37,261 nucleotides of DNA from a bacterium (GTDB lineage: Bacteria; Methylomirabilota; Methylomirabilia; CAVQYV01). The DNA is taken from NCBI GenBank assembly GCA_043800755.1, contig JAZDMQ010000159.1:1-37261 (forward strand), in the 5' to 3' direction. Position numbers and translations under genes: made by a program. Each line of letters begins with the position of its first letter. The first letter of the stretch is position 1. Shown here piece after piece: positions 36,934 through 37,261 of the stretch. Below the pieces are notes generated by a model that saw only the letters and a program-made list of their open reading frames with translations, searched no databases and was not told the origin of the DNA.

Positions 36934-36991
36934 CTGCCACCCCCCTGCCCTGCCCCCTCGCCCCGAGGTCTCCCAGCAGGCTCTCTTCAGA

Positions 36992-37261
36992 TCAGTCCGG
37001 CACCTCCATGACCCAGATGTCGAAGTTGCCCATGCGGTCCGAGTCGAAGGCAACCCTCTTGCCATCCGGGCTCCAGGCAGGAAACATATCCCAGGCCAGG
37101 TTGTCGGTCAACTGGGTGAGGCCAGACCCATCTGGAGATACCAGGAAAAGCTCTGGGTTCCCGGTCCGCCAGGACCAGAAAAGGATCCGCTTCCCATCCG
37201 GGCTCCAACGATTGGACATCTCGTTAACCGGGGAGGGAATCAAGGTTTTCTTTTCGCTGCC
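36992..37261 (-). CDS. TolB-like PD40 beta-propeller protein, C-terminal part (truncated by window edge)
   Basis: Two WSPDGKR repeats, FDSDR.GNFDIWVM; frame is open to position 37261. Confidence 0.85.
   Translation of the reverse strand, partial: GSEKKTLIPSPVNEMSNRWSPDGKRILFWSWRTGNPELFLVSPDGSGLTQLTDNLAWDMFPAWSPDGKRVAFDSDRMGNFDIWVMEVPD

Noticed and set aside
36934-37065. N-terminal extension of the MOT1 ORF in the track
   Set aside because: Overlaps the TolB-like gene in another frame; the family-like sequence starts at ATG 36933.

Overview
High-GC bacterial chromosomal window, mostly core genes. Lineage is not determinable with certainty; it is a diderm (lptFG present) with Deltaproteobacteria/Methylomirabilota-like gene order. 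Positions 239-26040 are a minus-strand run: EF-G paralog, rimP-nusA-infB-DUF503-rbfA-DHH-truB-ribF, rpsO-pnp-M16 peptidase, a beta-CASP nuclease, purB-mscS-purS-purQ-purL, a V4R-like/GAF/HD-GYP protein, hom and apgM. Next come mutM, a D-2-hydroxyacid dehydrogenase, lptF-lptG plus a small LAB_N protein, and comEC. From about 33500 the DNA looks accessory: an aldo/keto reductase, a decayed tRNA-like 3' end, an AT-rich ArsR/small Cys-rich protein pair, a MOT1-type transporter and a partial TolB-like protein. The best candidate new system is the ArsR pair. The repressor's C-terminus (CxCxC plus coiled coil) is homologous to the entire downstream 62-aa protein, and each gene is preceded by a copy of the same 32-bp palindromic operator. 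Also notable are a ~120-bp IS200/IS605-type miniature palindromic element, a structured 5' leader at the left edge, and a promoter motif shared by rpsO and the EF-G paralog. I found no CRISPR array, rRNA or intact tRNA. All family calls are from motif recognition by eye, not database searches.
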